A stretch of 44,935 nt of DNA. It comes from a bacterium. Lineage in GTDB: Bacteria; JACRDZ01; JAQUKH01. The stretch covers positions 1 to 44,935 of the forward strand of contig JAQUKH010000023.1 of NCBI GenBank assembly GCA_028719205.1, written 5' to 3'. The position numbers were made by a program, and so were the translations under genes. This document shows, piece by piece, positions 17,392 to 27,234 of the stretch. Under the pieces are notes generated by a model, which was not told the origin of the DNA, did not search any database, and saw only the letters and a list, made by a program, of their open reading frames with translations. Within the stretch, counting starts at the first letter, position 1, and every line of letters starts with the position of its first letter.

Positions 17392-18788
17392 TAAATGGCC
17401 GTCCTGTTTTGTAAGGGCGATTCATGAATCGCCCCTACATTATTTTTTACCCATCTGAATTTTCCAGACGGTTCAGCAGGGATAGCTTGCGTAAATAGTG
17501 TTTCTATATCAGCTGAGTTGCCCAGAATATTTTTCAGGTCCGTTTTAATCATTTCTATATTTAAATATACCTCATTTTTCTTAATAAGAAACAACTGAAA
17601 TTTCAACAAATCTTTCTGGATGAGCTGAAAAAATTTTATTTCCGGATAATTTCCAAAAAATTTGATAATTGTTCTTGGGCTTATCTTCTGGCTGTTTTGA
17701 TTAATAATAAAATCTTTTGAGCGTCCTTCAATATAATTAATAAGTGGCAATCCCCGTCCGCAGGGGCATTGTTTTTCTGAATAAGAACCGCAATCGCCGA
17801 TTTCGTAGCGTATAAAAGGCTGGGTATAATTATCAAGGTCGGTTAAAATAAATTTTCCGGTTTCATTCGGCAGGCAAGGTTCATTTTCGTTTAAACATTC
17901 AAGATAATAACTGTCGCTTGATAAATGCAAGCCCTGGTGATGAGAACAGTCGTTGGCAATACCTTCCATTTCATGAGGCCCATAAGTGTTAAAAATTTCA
18001 CCCTGAAACCATTTTTGGAATTTATTTCGCATATTTTCCGTAATTATGCCCGAAACAACAACAGTTTTTATTTTTAACGGCTGAAGAGCATTATCTTCCA
18101 TAAAATAACATAAAAATAAAAGATTTTCCGGCGAAGTTTCAAAAACCGAGGGCGGAGAACATTTTAAATTATTGTATATTGTATTTGTTAATGGCTCGTT
18201 AATACCGGTTGAATCTTTTGTAATTGGAGAAAAAAGTTTACGCCGGTGGGCAAAAAAATAGACAAGTTTTTTTATTTCAGTAAAAGATTCGCCATTGTAA
18301 CTGGAATGTCCCGGCCACCATAAACTCGCTGTTTTATTTCCTAATTTCCAATCCGTAAAACTATAATCCCTTAAAAGCAGGGCATATTTTGTGTTGTAAC
18401 TTGCTATATTAAACGGCCAATTTAAAGGGGTTCCGGTGGTTCCTGAAGTTTTTACCCATTCTAAATTATTCGCGGATAATTTCGGATTTAAAGGATGAGT
18501 TTCTTTTAAAAGTTCTTCTTTAGTTGTGATCGGAATATGGAGAAGGTCTTTTGGATTGTTTATGTCATAGGGTATCAGGCTTGCAGAATCAAATTTATTT
18601 TTGTAAAAAGGGATGTTCTCATAAGAATAAGTAAGAATGGCCTTTAATTTTTGCCATTGAAGTTTTTTCAGCTCCTCGCGGGGAAGCCACTGATTTTTCA
18701 TCAGAGCCTGGTATTTTATCCAAGCGTCATATTTAGTGGTTTTTCCGGCAAGATAATAGATTGATTCCAATATTTTATTGTAAAGCAT
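17391..18788 (-). CDS. Phenylacetate-CoA ligase/CapK-like adenylate-forming enzyme
   Basis: Q..KL..IL.Y.Y..IPFY, IP.TTKE, TSGTTG.P, YG..E, P.IRY.IGD, C.CGR, EGR..D, SGKFR. Confidence 0.88.
   Translation of the reverse strand: MLYNKILESIYYLAGKTTKYDAWIKYQALMKNQWLPREELKKLQWQKLKAILTYSYENIPFYKNKFDSASLIPYDINNPKDLLHIPITTKEELLKETHPLNPKLSANNLEWVKTSGTTGTPLNWPFNIASYNTKYALLLRDYSFTDWKLGNKTASLWWPGHSSYNGESFTEIKKLVYFFAHRRKLFSPITKDSTGINEPLTNTIYNNLKCSPPSVFETSPENLLFLCYFMEDNALQPLKIKTVVVSGIITENMRNKFQKWFQGEIFNTYGPHEMEGIANDCSHHQGLHLSSDSYYLECLNENEPCLPNETGKFILTDLDNYTQPFIRYEIGDCGSYSEKQCPCGRGLPLINYIEGRSKDFIINQNSQKISPRTIIKFFGNYPEIKFFQLIQKDLLKFQLFLIKKNEVYLNIEMIKTDLKNILGNSADIETLFTQAIPAEPSGKFRWVKNNVGAIHESPLQNRTAI
17410..17439. 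repeat. REP-like palindrome in the 3' end of the ligase gene
   Basis: TGTAAGGGCGATTCATGAATCGCCCCTACA, 30 bp with one mismatch, GTAG foot on the minus strand; reads VGAIHESPLQ. Confidence 0.8.
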
Positions 18789-18851
18789 ATTATTCCTGTG
18801 ATTTTAAGTATCGATGAATGATTAATAAATTAAAATATTTGGTTTATTAAT

Positions 18852-20273
18852 TTATTTTTTACTTCTGAACAATATTTTAAGAAATGTAAGCCCTTCAGCA
18901 ATAATCTTTTTTAACGGATAGCCTGTAAAAATTTTCTTTAAAAATTTTATAATAGTGTTTGGGCGCAGGTAAAAAGATGAAAAAATATTTTTTTGATAAT
19001 TATTCAAAATATTTTCAGATAATCCTCTCGGAATAAAAACCGGATTGAAGGTAGTGAATCTATTCCAGTCTTTTTCAAGAGCGCCGTGTTTTTCAATCTC
19101 GGTAAAACTTTCTGAATTCGGAAATGGCGTAAAATACAAAGGCAGGATGTAATTTATATTAATTTGTTTTAAAAAAGACAGGGTTTCTTCCATTGTTTCT
19201 TTGGTTTCCAGAGGATGCCCCATGATGATAAACCCGATTGTTTCCAGGCCCGCGCTTTTGCACCAATCCAGGGCTTGCCGCGTTTTTTCCAGGGTAATAC
19301 CTTTTTTGAAATAATCTAAAACCTTTTGGCTGCCGCTTTCAATTCCAAAAGCGACTGACCAGCAGCCCGCTTTTTTCATTAATTGCAGCAGTTCAAGATC
19401 AACCAGGTCAACCCGTGTCTGGCATGACCATGTCAGGCCGATATTTTCTTCGGTCAGGGCGTTACAAAGTTTTATTGTGTTTTTTCTTTGCAATGTGAAA
19501 CAATCATCGTGAAAATTAATATCCTTGATCCCAAAATCATTCTGAAGATATTTTACCAGTTTTAAAATATAGTCCGTTGAATAAGAACGATAACTGTTCT
19601 TTAAACCTATCGAATCGCAGTAAATACACTGGTATGGACAACCCCGGGAGGTTAATAATAGTGTGGAAGGCAATCTTTTGAATTTTTGGAACGAAGGCCG
19701 GTACTTTTTTGGAAATCCCGATAAAAGATTAAATGGAGGCAAAGGGAGCTCGTTTAAGTTTTCAATAAAAGTTCTTTCAGGTGTAGTTTTCAGCCGGCCG
19801 TTTTCGCGGTAAATAATTCCCTTAACCTTTTCAAGCGTAGTTTTTTTCGTCAGGGCATTCAGAAGTTCGATTATTGTTATCTCGCCTTCACCGATTACAC
19901 CGATATCGAAATACTGATAATCAGTCATTGTTTTTTCCGGAAGAGAAGTTAAATGGATCCCGCCGATAATGATAGGGATCTCTTTATTGGCCGCTTTTAC
20001 TTTTTTAGCAATTAAAAAAGCAGTTTCAATGGATAATGTCATAGCGGTAATAGCAAGAAATTTAGGCTCGATCTTTAATATCTCCTGAACCGTCAGGCCT
20101 ATACTGAATTTTATGGCTTCCGCGTCAAGTATTTGAGTTTTAAAGCCGTTTTTTTCGGTAACCGCGGATAGATATAGCAAATTGATCGGAGGATTATGGC
20201 TGCCGATAGAGGCAAAATCTCCTAGCCTTTTTTCGTTATTTAACGGCGGATTAATAAAAAGTATATCTATCAT
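18852..20273 (-). CDS. Cobalamin-binding radical SAM protein (1)
   Basis: ILFINPP, PP..LLYL, I.GG.H, GEGE, TSRGCPYQCIYC, F.DD.F, W.C..RVD, GIESGSQ, FYLRP; start placed at ATG 20273. Confidence 0.92.
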   Translation of the reverse strand: MIDILFINPPLNNEKRLGDFASIGSHNPPINLLYLSAVTEKNGFKTQILDAEAIKFSIGLTVQEILKIEPKFLAITAMTLSIETAFLIAKKVKAANKEIPIIIGGIHLTSLPEKTMTDYQYFDIGVIGEGEITIIELLNALTKKTTLEKVKGIIYRENGRLKTTPERTFIENLNELPLPPFNLLSGFPKKYRPSFQKFKRLPSTLLLTSRGCPYQCIYCDSIGLKNSYRSYSTDYILKLVKYLQNDFGIKDINFHDDCFTLQRKNTIKLCNALTEENIGLTWSCQTRVDLVDLELLQLMKKAGCWSVAFGIESGSQKVLDYFKKGITLEKTRQALDWCKSAGLETIGFIIMGHPLETKETMEETLSFLKQININYILPLYFTPFPNSESFTEIEKHGALEKDWNRFTTFNPVFIPRGLSENILNNYQKNIFSSFYLRPNTIIKFLKKIFTGYPLKKIIAEGLTFLKILFRSKK

Positions 20274-20307
20274 AAATTTCTCTAAATAAAACAACAATTA
20301 TTTAAGT

Positions 20308-20336
20308 ATTATATAGAATATATCTTTAGTTTTCAA
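20308..20336 (-). promoter_or_regulatory. Near-consensus sigma70 promoter for the 20273-13645 operon
   Basis: TTGAAA (20336-20331), 17 nt, TATAAT (20313-20308). Confidence 0.65.
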
Positions 20337-20391
20337 TGTATGTTTTTATTTTGCTTGAGAAACTTTGGATTTGATTTAAGGTATAACTAAC

Positions 20392-21462
20392 ATGAGAAAA
20401 ATTCAAATTTTTAAAAGACATAGATATATTTTCATTTTGATCTTATTGTTTGCTGTTGCTACCGCCAGAGGACAAAAAATATATGCAAAGGATATGATGG
20501 CGGAAGTAGATGATCTTAGAATTCGCAGAGATACTATGTGTTTTGAACGCGTAGGAACAGATAAACTTTTCGAACTGCTGGCAATTGAACCGGGAATGAA
20601 CATTCTGGACATAGGAACCGGAACCGGCCAATTTGCTGTTGCCTTTGCTGAAAAAATGAAAGGAACCGGAAAGGTTTTCGCGACCGATATAGATATTGAT
20701 TGTATTGATTATCTTAAAAAAGAAGCAGAAAAAAAACACCTTACGAATCTTTATCCTGTTCTGGTTAAAGAAGAAGGGATAGATGAATTTTACGGTAAGC
20801 AAAGATATGATTTAATTACAGTCTTCCATGTCAATGGCATAACCGATGAAGCCAATTATTTTAGAGAGTTGAAGAAGTTTTTAAAAGAAAACGGGCGTGT
20901 TATTTTTATGTGCGCGAAAAATGTTCCTGCTTTTTCTCTAAGTGATCTTACCGGAGATTTTAATGGGTTGGCCAGAGAAATATCTCTGGAGCCGGACGGC
21001 AGCCCATTTTATAAAAGTTTAAGCGGGCCGACGCGGGAGTTAATAAAACAAAATCAGGCTAAACCTGATGAAGTCTTAAAAAAAGCTATAGTTGACGATT
21101 TTAACAAGATATTATCTGATAAAAATTTTTCCAAAGATTTCCTTGATGGTCTGGTTTTTAAAAAGGAATTAAAGTTATCTCCGGAAGAAAGGGTTTATAT
21201 TGACTGGCTGCTGATGTATACTAATTGGGGTGAGGGTATTTACTATAAATACAAAGATGAATGGATTAAGAGTGTAAGGAATTTTTATTTAGGGATTAAT
21301 AAACTGCTTATATTCCAGAGATTCCGGCCGTATCTTGATAAAGACAGAATGTTCCAGTCTTTAGATGGCCTTGCAGTCAAAAAGAACCTTGAAAAAGCCG
21401 GATATAAATTAGAAAAAGAGTTTACGGATATACCTTTTGAAGATGTTTTAGTATTCAAATGA
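20392..21462 (+). CDS. Class I SAM-dependent methyltransferase with N-terminal signal/TM segment and a long insertion
   Basis: ILDIGTGTG, GKVFATDID, YDLI, LK.NGRV, C-terminal L.KAGY......P....LVF. Confidence 0.8.
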   Translation: MRKIQIFKRHRYIFILILLFAVATARGQKIYAKDMMAEVDDLRIRRDTMCFERVGTDKLFELLAIEPGMNILDIGTGTGQFAVAFAEKMKGTGKVFATDIDIDCIDYLKKEAEKKHLTNLYPVLVKEEGIDEFYGKQRYDLITVFHVNGITDEANYFRELKKFLKENGRVIFMCAKNVPAFSLSDLTGDFNGLAREISLEPDGSPFYKSLSGPTRELIKQNQAKPDEVLKKAIVDDFNKILSDKNFSKDFLDGLVFKKELKLSPEERVYIDWLLMYTNWGEGIYYKYKDEWIKSVRNFYLGINKLLIFQRFRPYLDKDRMFQSLDGLAVKKNLEKAGYKLEKEFTDIPFEDVLVFK

Positions 21463-22873
21463 AATCCTTTTTGTTATCTTCTAATAAGTTGGATTTTTTG
21501 AAAACAAACCTGCACAACCCCAGAAATCCGCTGATCATTTCCACTGGATGTATAAAAAGGTTTTTTATCTGTTTAACAATATATTTCGGGCGCAAATAAA
21601 ATTCGCGGTAAAATCTTTTTTCGCGTTCAATTGCTTTTTGTTCAAGCAATGGATCCTTGAATCTATTTTCAAAAGGAAAAAGATCAAATTTAATTTCATC
21701 TTTATATTTTTTATAGAGTTCAGTTCCCGGCCATATTTCCAGGGTTTTTACGATAATATAATCCAGATCAGTTTCTTTCGCGAGTTCAATACTTTTGCTT
21801 AAATCATCATCAGTTTCGCCGGGTATTCCTGTAATAAAAAAACTGCTTATTTCCAGCCCGCTTTTTTTTATGTCTTTAATTCTCTCTTTTAATCCTGCTA
21901 TGTTTATGTTTTTATTTAATAGATCAAGCATTTTTTGTGATCCGCTTTCGATGCCAAGATAAACCCTTTTGCATCCGGAAAATTTCATTATTCGCGCAAG
22001 CTCTATATCAAGTGTATCGACACGGCTTAAACAAGTCCAGTTAATTTTATATTTATGAAGCAGACCGCAGATTTGAAGAGTTCTCTCTTTGTTTAGAGTA
22101 AAGGTATCATCCATAAAGCGTATGTTCTTTATGCCAAAATTTGTAAGGTTGAATTTTATCTCTTCTTCGATATTTTTTAAAGAGCGTGAGAAAACTCTAT
22201 TACCGTAGGTATGGATGCAAAAACTGCAGTGGCAAGGACATCCGCGGCTTATAGTCATTGTTGTAAAAGGCCGGTTAAGATATGGTTCCTTATAGCGTTT
22301 TAAATTACTTTCTAAAAGCGAAAGGTCCGGAAAAGGCAAGTCATCCGGGTTTTCAATACGATTAGCCGCAGGAGTGCTGATTATATTTTCGCCATTCTTA
22401 AATGATATGCCATTAATTGTTTTTAACGAACCGTTATTTTCCATTTGGTCATAAAGCTCCGAAAAAATAAGCTCAGGTTCGCCCCGGATAATTATATCAA
22501 TTGAAGAATTTTTTAAGATTTCCTCCGGGAAAATTGTCGGAAAAAAACCTGTGGCTATAATTTTTATTTCAGGAAAAGCTTTTTTAATTTCATTGATTGT
22601 TTTTAGATCTTCGCCGATTGAAAAATGTCCCAATAAAGTTACAAGGATTTTGGGCTGGAATATGGTAATTTTTCCCAAAACCTCATCCAGATTGTTTCCT
22701 TCCGCGATGGCATCAATAAAAAGAACATTGTTGTTTTTTTTCAGCTTTTTAACGATCGTTGCGAGAGACAGAAGTTCGTGAGGAGGTAAAAGAAAGTTAG
22801 GGGCATAATAAGATGATATAAATCTGCGGATAATTTTTTTAGAATGAGGTAAGTTAAGGAATATGCTTGTCAT
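21455..22873 (-). CDS. Cobalamin-binding radical SAM protein (2)
   Basis: PP..LL.LA, RGEPE, SRGCPCHCSFC, FMDDTF, WTCLSRVD, GIESGSQ, FYLRP; ATG 22873 gives an ATGA overlap with the upstream gene. Confidence 0.92.
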   Translation of the reverse strand: MTSIFLNLPHSKKIIRRFISSYYAPNFLLPPHELLSLATIVKKLKKNNNVLFIDAIAEGNNLDEVLGKITIFQPKILVTLLGHFSIGEDLKTINEIKKAFPEIKIIATGFFPTIFPEEILKNSSIDIIIRGEPELIFSELYDQMENNGSLKTINGISFKNGENIISTPAANRIENPDDLPFPDLSLLESNLKRYKEPYLNRPFTTMTISRGCPCHCSFCIHTYGNRVFSRSLKNIEEEIKFNLTNFGIKNIRFMDDTFTLNKERTLQICGLLHKYKINWTCLSRVDTLDIELARIMKFSGCKRVYLGIESGSQKMLDLLNKNINIAGLKERIKDIKKSGLEISSFFITGIPGETDDDLSKSIELAKETDLDYIIVKTLEIWPGTELYKKYKDEIKFDLFPFENRFKDPLLEQKAIEREKRFYREFYLRPKYIVKQIKNLFIHPVEMISGFLGLCRFVFKKSNLLEDNKKDFI

Positions 22874-23940
22874 AAGGTTTCCATTAAATATTTCCATATT
22901 ATTTTGGGCCATACAGCAGGATTATAAAAAATATTAGCCTGAGTACTGCACTCCCAATGGCAATAACAGCCTGATTTTTGAATATGCTTCAGGATCTCCT
23001 TCACCTGAGAGCAGTTAATGATTTTTTTCAGGTCGAAATTTGTTTTTTTAAGGTCTCCAAAAGGTTTATTCAGATATTCGCATGGCATAACTATTCCTTC
23101 CGGATTAACAACGATCAGTTTTTTCCCCGCAAGGCAGGGCAACTGAGCATGGTTAGAAGTAATAGTACGGTAAACTATATCTGTATTTAATTCAGAAATT
23201 ACTTTTAGTATACCTGAAAAAGGTTTATTTGGATTAGATTTATATGTATTATTAATTATTTTAGAACAGCTGAGGTAAGTTTTAGGAGCAATTTCCTTAT
23301 ATTCAGGATTTGGAATATCGCCTCTGACTAATATCAAAGTATGAGTATTTATATCTAAATGGTTCCTGACAAACCCGGCAATTTCAGGTATAAATGAGCA
23401 GTTTATTTTTGTAAGTACCGTGACAACATCAATAGTTATGTTGTTATATTCCTGACGCAAAGATACTAATCCTTTAAAGGTTTTCATGACTTGCTGAAAT
23501 GCGCCGGGAACACCTGACAGATTATCATGCAGGGATTCAGGGCCGTTTATAGTAAGCACTATTCTCAAATGGGTTTTTTCTAAACGCCGGCATATATTTT
23601 TCAGGATTTTAAGTGTACGGCCGGGATTAAGGCCGTTAGTAGGTATAGTTATAATATTTACCTTACTGAAGCGGATAAATAAATAGCATATATCAGGCAG
23701 ATCGTCGCGTAAAGTCGGTTCTCCGCCGCTAAGAGTTAATTGCATCAGATATGGAAAATTCCGCGCAAGTTTTTCAATATCATTCAGGGACATTTCTTTA
23801 TTATGTTCCGGACGATTAAGCAATTTCCAGTTGAAACAGAAAGAACATTTAGAGTTACACCGGTATGTCACATGGAAGATCAGATAAGCCGGAGCTTTAA
23901 AATGCAGCAGTTTTTTGAATAAAGCGGTTTCGTAAGCCAT
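22870..23940 (-). CDS. Radical SAM protein with twitch/SPASM-type domain
   Basis: CNSKCSFC, SGGEP.LR.D, PTNG, CLAG......P.G.V.PCE, CYCHWEC. Confidence 0.9.
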   Translation of the reverse strand: MAYETALFKKLLHFKAPAYLIFHVTYRCNSKCSFCFNWKLLNRPEHNKEMSLNDIEKLARNFPYLMQLTLSGGEPTLRDDLPDICYLFIRFSKVNIITIPTNGLNPGRTLKILKNICRRLEKTHLRIVLTINGPESLHDNLSGVPGAFQQVMKTFKGLVSLRQEYNNITIDVVTVLTKINCSFIPEIAGFVRNHLDINTHTLILVRGDIPNPEYKEIAPKTYLSCSKIINNTYKSNPNKPFSGILKVISELNTDIVYRTITSNHAQLPCLAGKKLIVVNPEGIVMPCEYLNKPFGDLKKTNFDLKKIINCSQVKEILKHIQKSGCYCHWECSTQANIFYNPAVWPKIIWKYLMETL

Positions 23941-24916
23941 ATAATTTTCTTAAAAAAATAGAGAAATAAGATATTATACTTGCCAAGAGTACTGTAAAAG
24001 ACAGTAAAACGGCAGTCATTGCTCCTTTAAGGCAGAAAATAATACCTTTTTGGCTGTGAAAATATATAATAATACTTTTATGCAGATAAGTGTAAACAGC
24101 AAAAAGAAAAACAGATGTAAAAACAAAAGGTTTGTAATACCATGCTGCCAGTATAAGAATAACGCTTAACGGGCCGGATAGAGTAGCCAGAGCCATTTCT
24201 TTAGTTGTTAGAATGCAGTCAAACTCTTTTTTATATTGGAATAGTTCGATCCAATCGATAGTTCTGGTAAAATAAGTTGAGATAAATTTAGACCATGAGG
24301 GGAAATAGTGCTTGCCCTGAATGCGCGGTTCCAGGTGAAAACGGTATTTTTGTGCTAAACGCATTCCAAGTTCTTCCTGCTCTACGCTGGCTGTAGTATA
24401 TTTTGTATTATATCCTCCAAATTCTTCAAAAACACTTTTACGGATTCCGGCGCATCTGCCTAGAAAACCTTTATAGTTTTTGCTTAACGGATGAACCGTA
24501 AACCAGTAATATTCAAGAAGCGCTTTATATTCGGTTAAATAAGAAGGGTTTGCGGGATTTTTATGGTATATGCCGTTGAGTATGTTTATTTCCGGATCAT
24601 TAGCGGCATTCGCGCAAATTCCCAGAGCATCCGGCTGTAATATAACATCGGCATCAAGAAAAAACAGAATTTCTCCCCGGGCTTTTTTTGCTCCCGTGTT
24701 ACGCGCGGTGGCAGGGCCTTTATTGGATTGTGAAATGAGAGTTACAGGAAAGGCCCGGACCAGTTTTAACGTGTTATCGGTACTGCCGTCATCCACTACA
24801 ATAATTTCATATTTATGGAAATCAGACTGCAGTACTGCCTGGATACACGAAGAAATAGTATTTTCCCCATTATATACCGGGATAACTACGCTAATTTTAG
24901 GCATTGAACTATTCAT
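23897..24916 (-). CDS. GT2 glycosyltransferase with C-terminal membrane helices
   Basis: ISVVIPVYN, VVDDGSTD, GPA.ARN.GA, FLDADV, F..FGGY; hydrophobic C-terminus. Confidence 0.92.
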   Translation of the reverse strand: MNSSMPKISVVIPVYNGENTISSCIQAVLQSDFHKYEIIVVDDGSTDNTLKLVRAFPVTLISQSNKGPATARNTGAKKARGEILFFLDADVILQPDALGICANAANDPEINILNGIYHKNPANPSYLTEYKALLEYYWFTVHPLSKNYKGFLGRCAGIRKSVFEEFGGYNTKYTTASVEQEELGMRLAQKYRFHLEPRIQGKHYFPSWSKFISTYFTRTIDWIELFQYKKEFDCILTTKEMALATLSGPLSVILILAAWYYKPFVFTSVFLFAVYTYLHKSIIIYFHSQKGIIFCLKGAMTAVLLSFTVLLASIISYFSIFLRKLYGLRNRFIQKTAAF

Positions 24917-24960
24917 TATAATTATCTTTAAAATATTTTTTTAAGTTTATTAGTTTGGAT

Positions 24961-26100
24961 TTATTGACCTGTAAAGGCATAGAAAAATCCGTCGGAAGAG
25001 CCGAAATATAAAATTCCATCAATTGCGATAGAAGATCCGGACCCGCCGACATGCCCATCAGTTTTATATTCCCATACCTTTTCTCCATTAGATGTTTTGA
25101 CTGCGTAAACCGCATTGTCCAATGAGCCAAAATATATAAACTTTTCGGTTATTGTGGGAGATATCAGTATTCTGTCTTTTACAGGAGTTTTCCAGATAAT
25201 TTCTCCATTCCCGGCATTAATCGCGTATAAATTTTTGTCCCAGCCGCCTATATAAAGTATTCCGTTCATAATGGCGCCCGGTGAGCAGATTTTATTGTCC
25301 AGTTTTGTCTTCCAGATCAATTTCCCTGTGTTTTCATCAAACGCGTACACAAAATGGTCCCATGAAGCAACCATGATCTTATTCTGGTAATAGACAGGAT
25401 AAGATTCAATAACATTTCCTGTTTTGTAATTCCAGTTTAATTTTCCATTTTCTTTATTTATTGCGTATAAGTAATTATCCATTGAACCTATAAAGACCTG
25501 ATCCCGGGTAACAAGGGGGGAGCAAAACCAAATTTTTCCTTCAGTCTTGAATTTCCAGATCAGATCTCCATTGTTGCTGTTAAGGGCATAAAGATTATGG
25601 TCATATGATCCAAAATATACCCGGCCGTTTTCAACAGTCGGAGAAGAATAGATTTTGTCTTCTGCCTTAAATTTCCAGTTAAGTTTACCATCCTTGATAT
25701 CTAAACAATAAAGATAATTATCCAGAGATCCGAAAAATACATTGTTTTTGTATATTGCCGGCGAGGATTGGACCCATGAATCTGTTTTAAATTTCCATTT
25801 CAATTGGCCTGTTTCAACATCCAGACAGTAGAGATTACCGTCATTAGAACCAAAGAATACCTTATTCTGGCTTATTGCGGGGGAAGAAGCAATATCCTTT
25901 TCTGTTTTGAATTTCCATTTTAGCTTTAAAGGTGGTGTTGGGCCTTCTCCAATAGCTCCGGTATGATTCACATTCTGATGGAACATCGGCCAGCCTGCCT
26001 GTCCGGTAGGCTGGTCAGGGTTTTCATTACAGTCAGATTTCGGGGTAGCGCTAAAAAAAAAGAAAAGAAAAAAAATAAAATAAATTAGTTTTTTTTGCAT
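24961..26100 (-). CDS. Exported PQQ-like (BamB-type) beta-propeller protein
   Basis: Signal peptide, WPMFH....HTG, about eight SSP.....V.FGS.D..LY.L...G...W.F repeats. Confidence 0.9.
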   Translation of the reverse strand: MQKKLIYFIFFLFFFFSATPKSDCNENPDQPTGQAGWPMFHQNVNHTGAIGEGPTPPLKLKWKFKTEKDIASSPAISQNKVFFGSNDGNLYCLDVETGQLKWKFKTDSWVQSSPAIYKNNVFFGSLDNYLYCLDIKDGKLNWKFKAEDKIYSSPTVENGRVYFGSYDHNLYALNSNNGDLIWKFKTEGKIWFCSPLVTRDQVFIGSMDNYLYAINKENGKLNWNYKTGNVIESYPVYYQNKIMVASWDHFVYAFDENTGKLIWKTKLDNKICSPGAIMNGILYIGGWDKNLYAINAGNGEIIWKTPVKDRILISPTITEKFIYFGSLDNAVYAVKTSNGEKVWEYKTDGHVGGSGSSIAIDGILYFGSSDGFFYAFTGQ

Positions 26101-26105
26101 TACTT

Positions 26106-27224
26106 TTAGCTAATTACTTTTGTAAAATTATTATTTTCTCCGACCAAATTTAAGGATTCAATAAATACTTTCTTTTTTTTATTTTTAACGGTGTAACCGA
26201 TGATATGTGATTCTACTTTATGTTTATTCAGGATTTCCAGGCATTTTTTCACGTCATTTTTAGATACCGTAATACAGAAGCCTATGCCCATGTTAAACGT
26301 CTGGAACATTTCTTCATCAGATATAGCTCCAAATTTTTGAATTAATTTAAAAATAGGATGAGGTTCAGGCAGGTAATCAATTATAAAACTGATATTTTTC
26401 TTATCAATTCTTGCAAGATTTGTAAGCCCGTCGCCGGTAATATTGGCTAATGCCTTGACATTAATCCCTGACTTTAAAATTTCCATTATTTCCGGCACAT
26501 AGATATGGGTCGGTTCGAGTAATTCCTCGCCTAAAGTCCTTTTTAGTTCAGGAAAATACTTATTTAAGTTAAATCCCATTTTATTTATTAATACGCTCCT
26601 GGCCAATGTTAAACCATTGCTATGGATGCCGCTGGAACGAAGGCCGATAATAACGTCATTTTCTTCCACATTTTGCCCTATTATTATTTTATCCAAAGGG
26701 ACAATTCCTACACAAGTTCCCGCGATGTCAATTCCGGAATCATCTCTATAACCTTTTACCATTTCTTTAATTTGTGCGACTTCACCGCCGGGAATATTAA
26801 TGTTTGAAAGTTTTGCGCCTAAATACAAACCTTTACCGATCTCTTCAAAGATCTTCGGGTCAACCTTTTGAACTGCCAAATAATCAAGCATCGATATTGG
26901 TTCAGAGCCTACGCAGATAATATCATTAACATTCATTGCTATACAATCTATTCCAATAGTGTCATATTTATTCATCATCTCGGCAACGAGAAGTTTTGTG
27001 CCTACACCATCACAGGATATGGCCAGGCCCATATTATTTCCCATATCCAATACATTCGCGAAATATCCTGATTTTAAGACAGGCCTTCCAATACCTTTTC
27101 TAAAACTATCTGCACGGCTTATCCATTTGAGCAGGCCTTTCATTCCTTTTTCTTCCTGAAGTGTGTTTACTCCTGATTTTGAATAACTTAGTTTCTTTTC
27201 TGGTTTTCTTGGGATTTTTTTCAT
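26106..27224 (-). CDS. purM: Phosphoribosylformylglycinamidine cyclo-ligase (AIR synthase)
   Basis: Y..SGV, DGVGTK, GIDCIAMNVND, LDYLA, GGE.A, SSGIHSNG.TL.R, LLEPT.IY, ITG.G, FNMGIG. Confidence 0.9.
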   Translation of the reverse strand: MKKIPRKPEKKLSYSKSGVNTLQEEKGMKGLLKWISRADSFRKGIGRPVLKSGYFANVLDMGNNMGLAISCDGVGTKLLVAEMMNKYDTIGIDCIAMNVNDIICVGSEPISMLDYLAVQKVDPKIFEEIGKGLYLGAKLSNINIPGGEVAQIKEMVKGYRDDSGIDIAGTCVGIVPLDKIIIGQNVEENDVIIGLRSSGIHSNGLTLARSVLINKMGFNLNKYFPELKRTLGEELLEPTHIYVPEIMEILKSGINVKALANITGDGLTNLARIDKKNISFIIDYLPEPHPIFKLIQKFGAISDEEMFQTFNMGIGFCITVSKNDVKKCLEILNKHKVESHIIGYTVKNKKKKVFIESLNLVGENNNFTKVIS

Positions 27225-27234
27225 AATGTTAGAA

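Noticed and set aside
24961-26100. Calling the propeller BamB or a PQQ dehydrogenase, or its repeats a DNA repeat array
   Set aside because: No bam context or catalytic motifs recognised; the roughly 120-bp periodicity is protein-coding and degenerate, not CRISPR-like.
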